A stretch of DNA of 64,000 bases from Verrucomicrobiia bacterium. Its GTDB lineage: Bacteria > Verrucomicrobiota > Verrucomicrobiia > Limisphaerales > UBA8199. The notes under the pieces were generated by a model that searched no databases, had not been told where the DNA came from, and saw nothing but the letters and a program-made list of their open reading frames with translations. The position numbers and the translations under genes were made by a program. The DNA lies in the NCBI GenBank assembly GCA_035946615.1, contig DASYZB010000116.1:16545-80544 (forward strand). Direction: 5' to 3'. Shown piece by piece: positions 63,183-64,000 of the stretch; position 1 is the first letter of the stretch; the number at the start of each line of letters is the position of its first letter.

Positions 63183-63623
63183 TCACCGATGAGAACCGGG
63201 CCGGTGCTTGGCAATGACATGGTTCCAATGGCCGTTCTTGTCGAGGTTCCGGGCAAAGTACATAAACAGCCTGTAAAAGCTCCACAGGACAATCAGTATC
63301 AAAGCCAGGCTGGCCAAGAGGTTCAGGAGCAGATTCAGCGTGGGATAATCGCCTCGCCAAAACTCATTTGCGCGGCTTAGTCGTTCCTGGAGCACAGCCT
63401 GATACGCTTCAAGATGGGCAGATTGGCCCGACTCAAGCCAAGGAATGACAAAGCCAAAAAGCCATACCGCACCGATCAGAATGAACACGATGGAGGCCAG
63501 GGAGATCGCCACTGCCAGGACCTGCTGTTTCCAGGGGCTTTCCAGCCTTCTCGAATAGCGCGGCTCAAACTTCGCCTTCACTATTGATCCAATTGGGCGG
63601 CGGCCACCGGATCGATAGTCCAA
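63183..63623 (-). CDS. hypothetical membrane protein (2-3 TM)
   Basis: 'VLAVAISLASIVFILIGAVWLFGFVIPWL' and 'LLLNLLASLALILIVLWSFY'. The start overlaps the end of the upstream gene, so the exact start is uncertain. Confidence 0.5.
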   Translation of the reverse strand: MDYRSGGRRPIGSIVKAKFEPRYSRRLESPWKQQVLAVAISLASIVFILIGAVWLFGFVIPWLESGQSAHLEAYQAVLQERLSRANEFWRGDYPTLNLLLNLLASLALILIVLWSFYRLFMYFARNLDKNGHWNHVIAKHRPGSHR

Positions 63624-64000
63624 CCGGGTACCGCGTCACCCTCATTGCCGTCGTGGGCCAAATTATCGTTGTTCCACCGCCGGCGCCAGGTGGGATTGGA
63701 AGGGCTCACCATGTCTGGCCGCTTGGCGCTATCGACATGGGCGTCGGCCCAAAGGATATCGGCCCGGTAATCATGCCTGTTGGAGGGCCATTGGCTGTGA
63801 CCGGGTGTGCCATCCGTGGGGTCGAGATTGGCATCGAAGCTGATCAAAGCCGGGTTCTGCTGGCCTTTGACATCCGCCAGCATGATCATGTCGGCTGGGC
63901 GTTTAACCATGGCATCGGTGACTTTGCCAAGATAATACCCCCCATCGACATCCCCTCCCAGGCCCAGTTGCGGTTTATGGCCGATAAACAGGCCCCAATC
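63581..64000 (-). CDS. DUF1559/prepilin-like protein, C-terminal part (5' end outside the window)
   Basis: The open frame runs to the window edge. 'PSNRHDYRADILWADAHVDS' is an H-X9-D(G/A)-type motif like that of the 62150 gene. Confidence 0.65.
   Translation of the reverse strand, partial: DWGLFIGHKPQLGLGGDVDGGYYLGKVTDAMVKRPADMIMLADVKGQQNPALISFDANLDPTDGTPGHSQWPSNRHDYRADILWADAHVDSAKRPDMVSPSNPTWRRRWNNDNLAHDGNEGDAVPGWTIDPVAAAQLDQ

Noticed and set aside
1-64000. CRISPR arrays, tRNA, rRNA and intact transposase or integrase genes.
   Set aside because: I found no regularly spaced 25-40-bp repeats, no cloverleaf-compatible ~75-nt segments in the intergenic regions I read, and no transposase or integrase motifs in any ORF. 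A tRNAscan/Infernal run is still needed to be certain about small RNAs.

Overview
GC-rich chromosomal window whose gene content fits a PVC-superphylum bacterium, most likely Verrucomicrobiota. The markers are a PSCyt1-type cytochrome domain, prepilin-type/H-X9-DG (DUF1559) proteins, ThuA, and several secreted glycoside hydrolases. I support about 55 protein-coding genes and found no rRNA, tRNA or CRISPR array. Content in order:
- an iron/redox cluster
- a sulfate ABC permease/ATPase operon, cysTWA, which lacks its binding protein
- a Na+/solute symporter
- a four-gene signalling operon (SAM methyltransferase plus three histidine kinases) divergent from a FadL-type porin
- a decayed prophage remnant
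- EmrAB-like and RND efflux genes
- a tandem HtrA-like protease and pseudoprotease pair
- a five-gene glycosyltransferase cluster abutting a destroyed ECF sigma gene
- a small decayed defence island: SPPY DNA methyltransferase, a 260-aa unknown protein translationally coupled to a PIN nuclease, and an HsdR N-terminal fragment
- GH32, then the stray sulfate-binding protein next to a porin stump
- a TAT-exported molybdoenzyme operon of the xanthine dehydrogenase family
- prepilin-like proteins
Most notable non-genic signal: a ~100-bp MITE family present in three copies. Each copy has imperfect GTAA-initiated terminal inverted repeats and a perfect 8-bp target-site duplication, and one copy interrupts the ECF sigma gene. 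Two other short intergenic repeat families are also present.
Best candidates for something undescribed: the 260-aa/PIN two-gene module, and the phcBSR-like methyltransferase/kinase/FadL locus. All functional calls come from motif recognition by eye; no database search was run.
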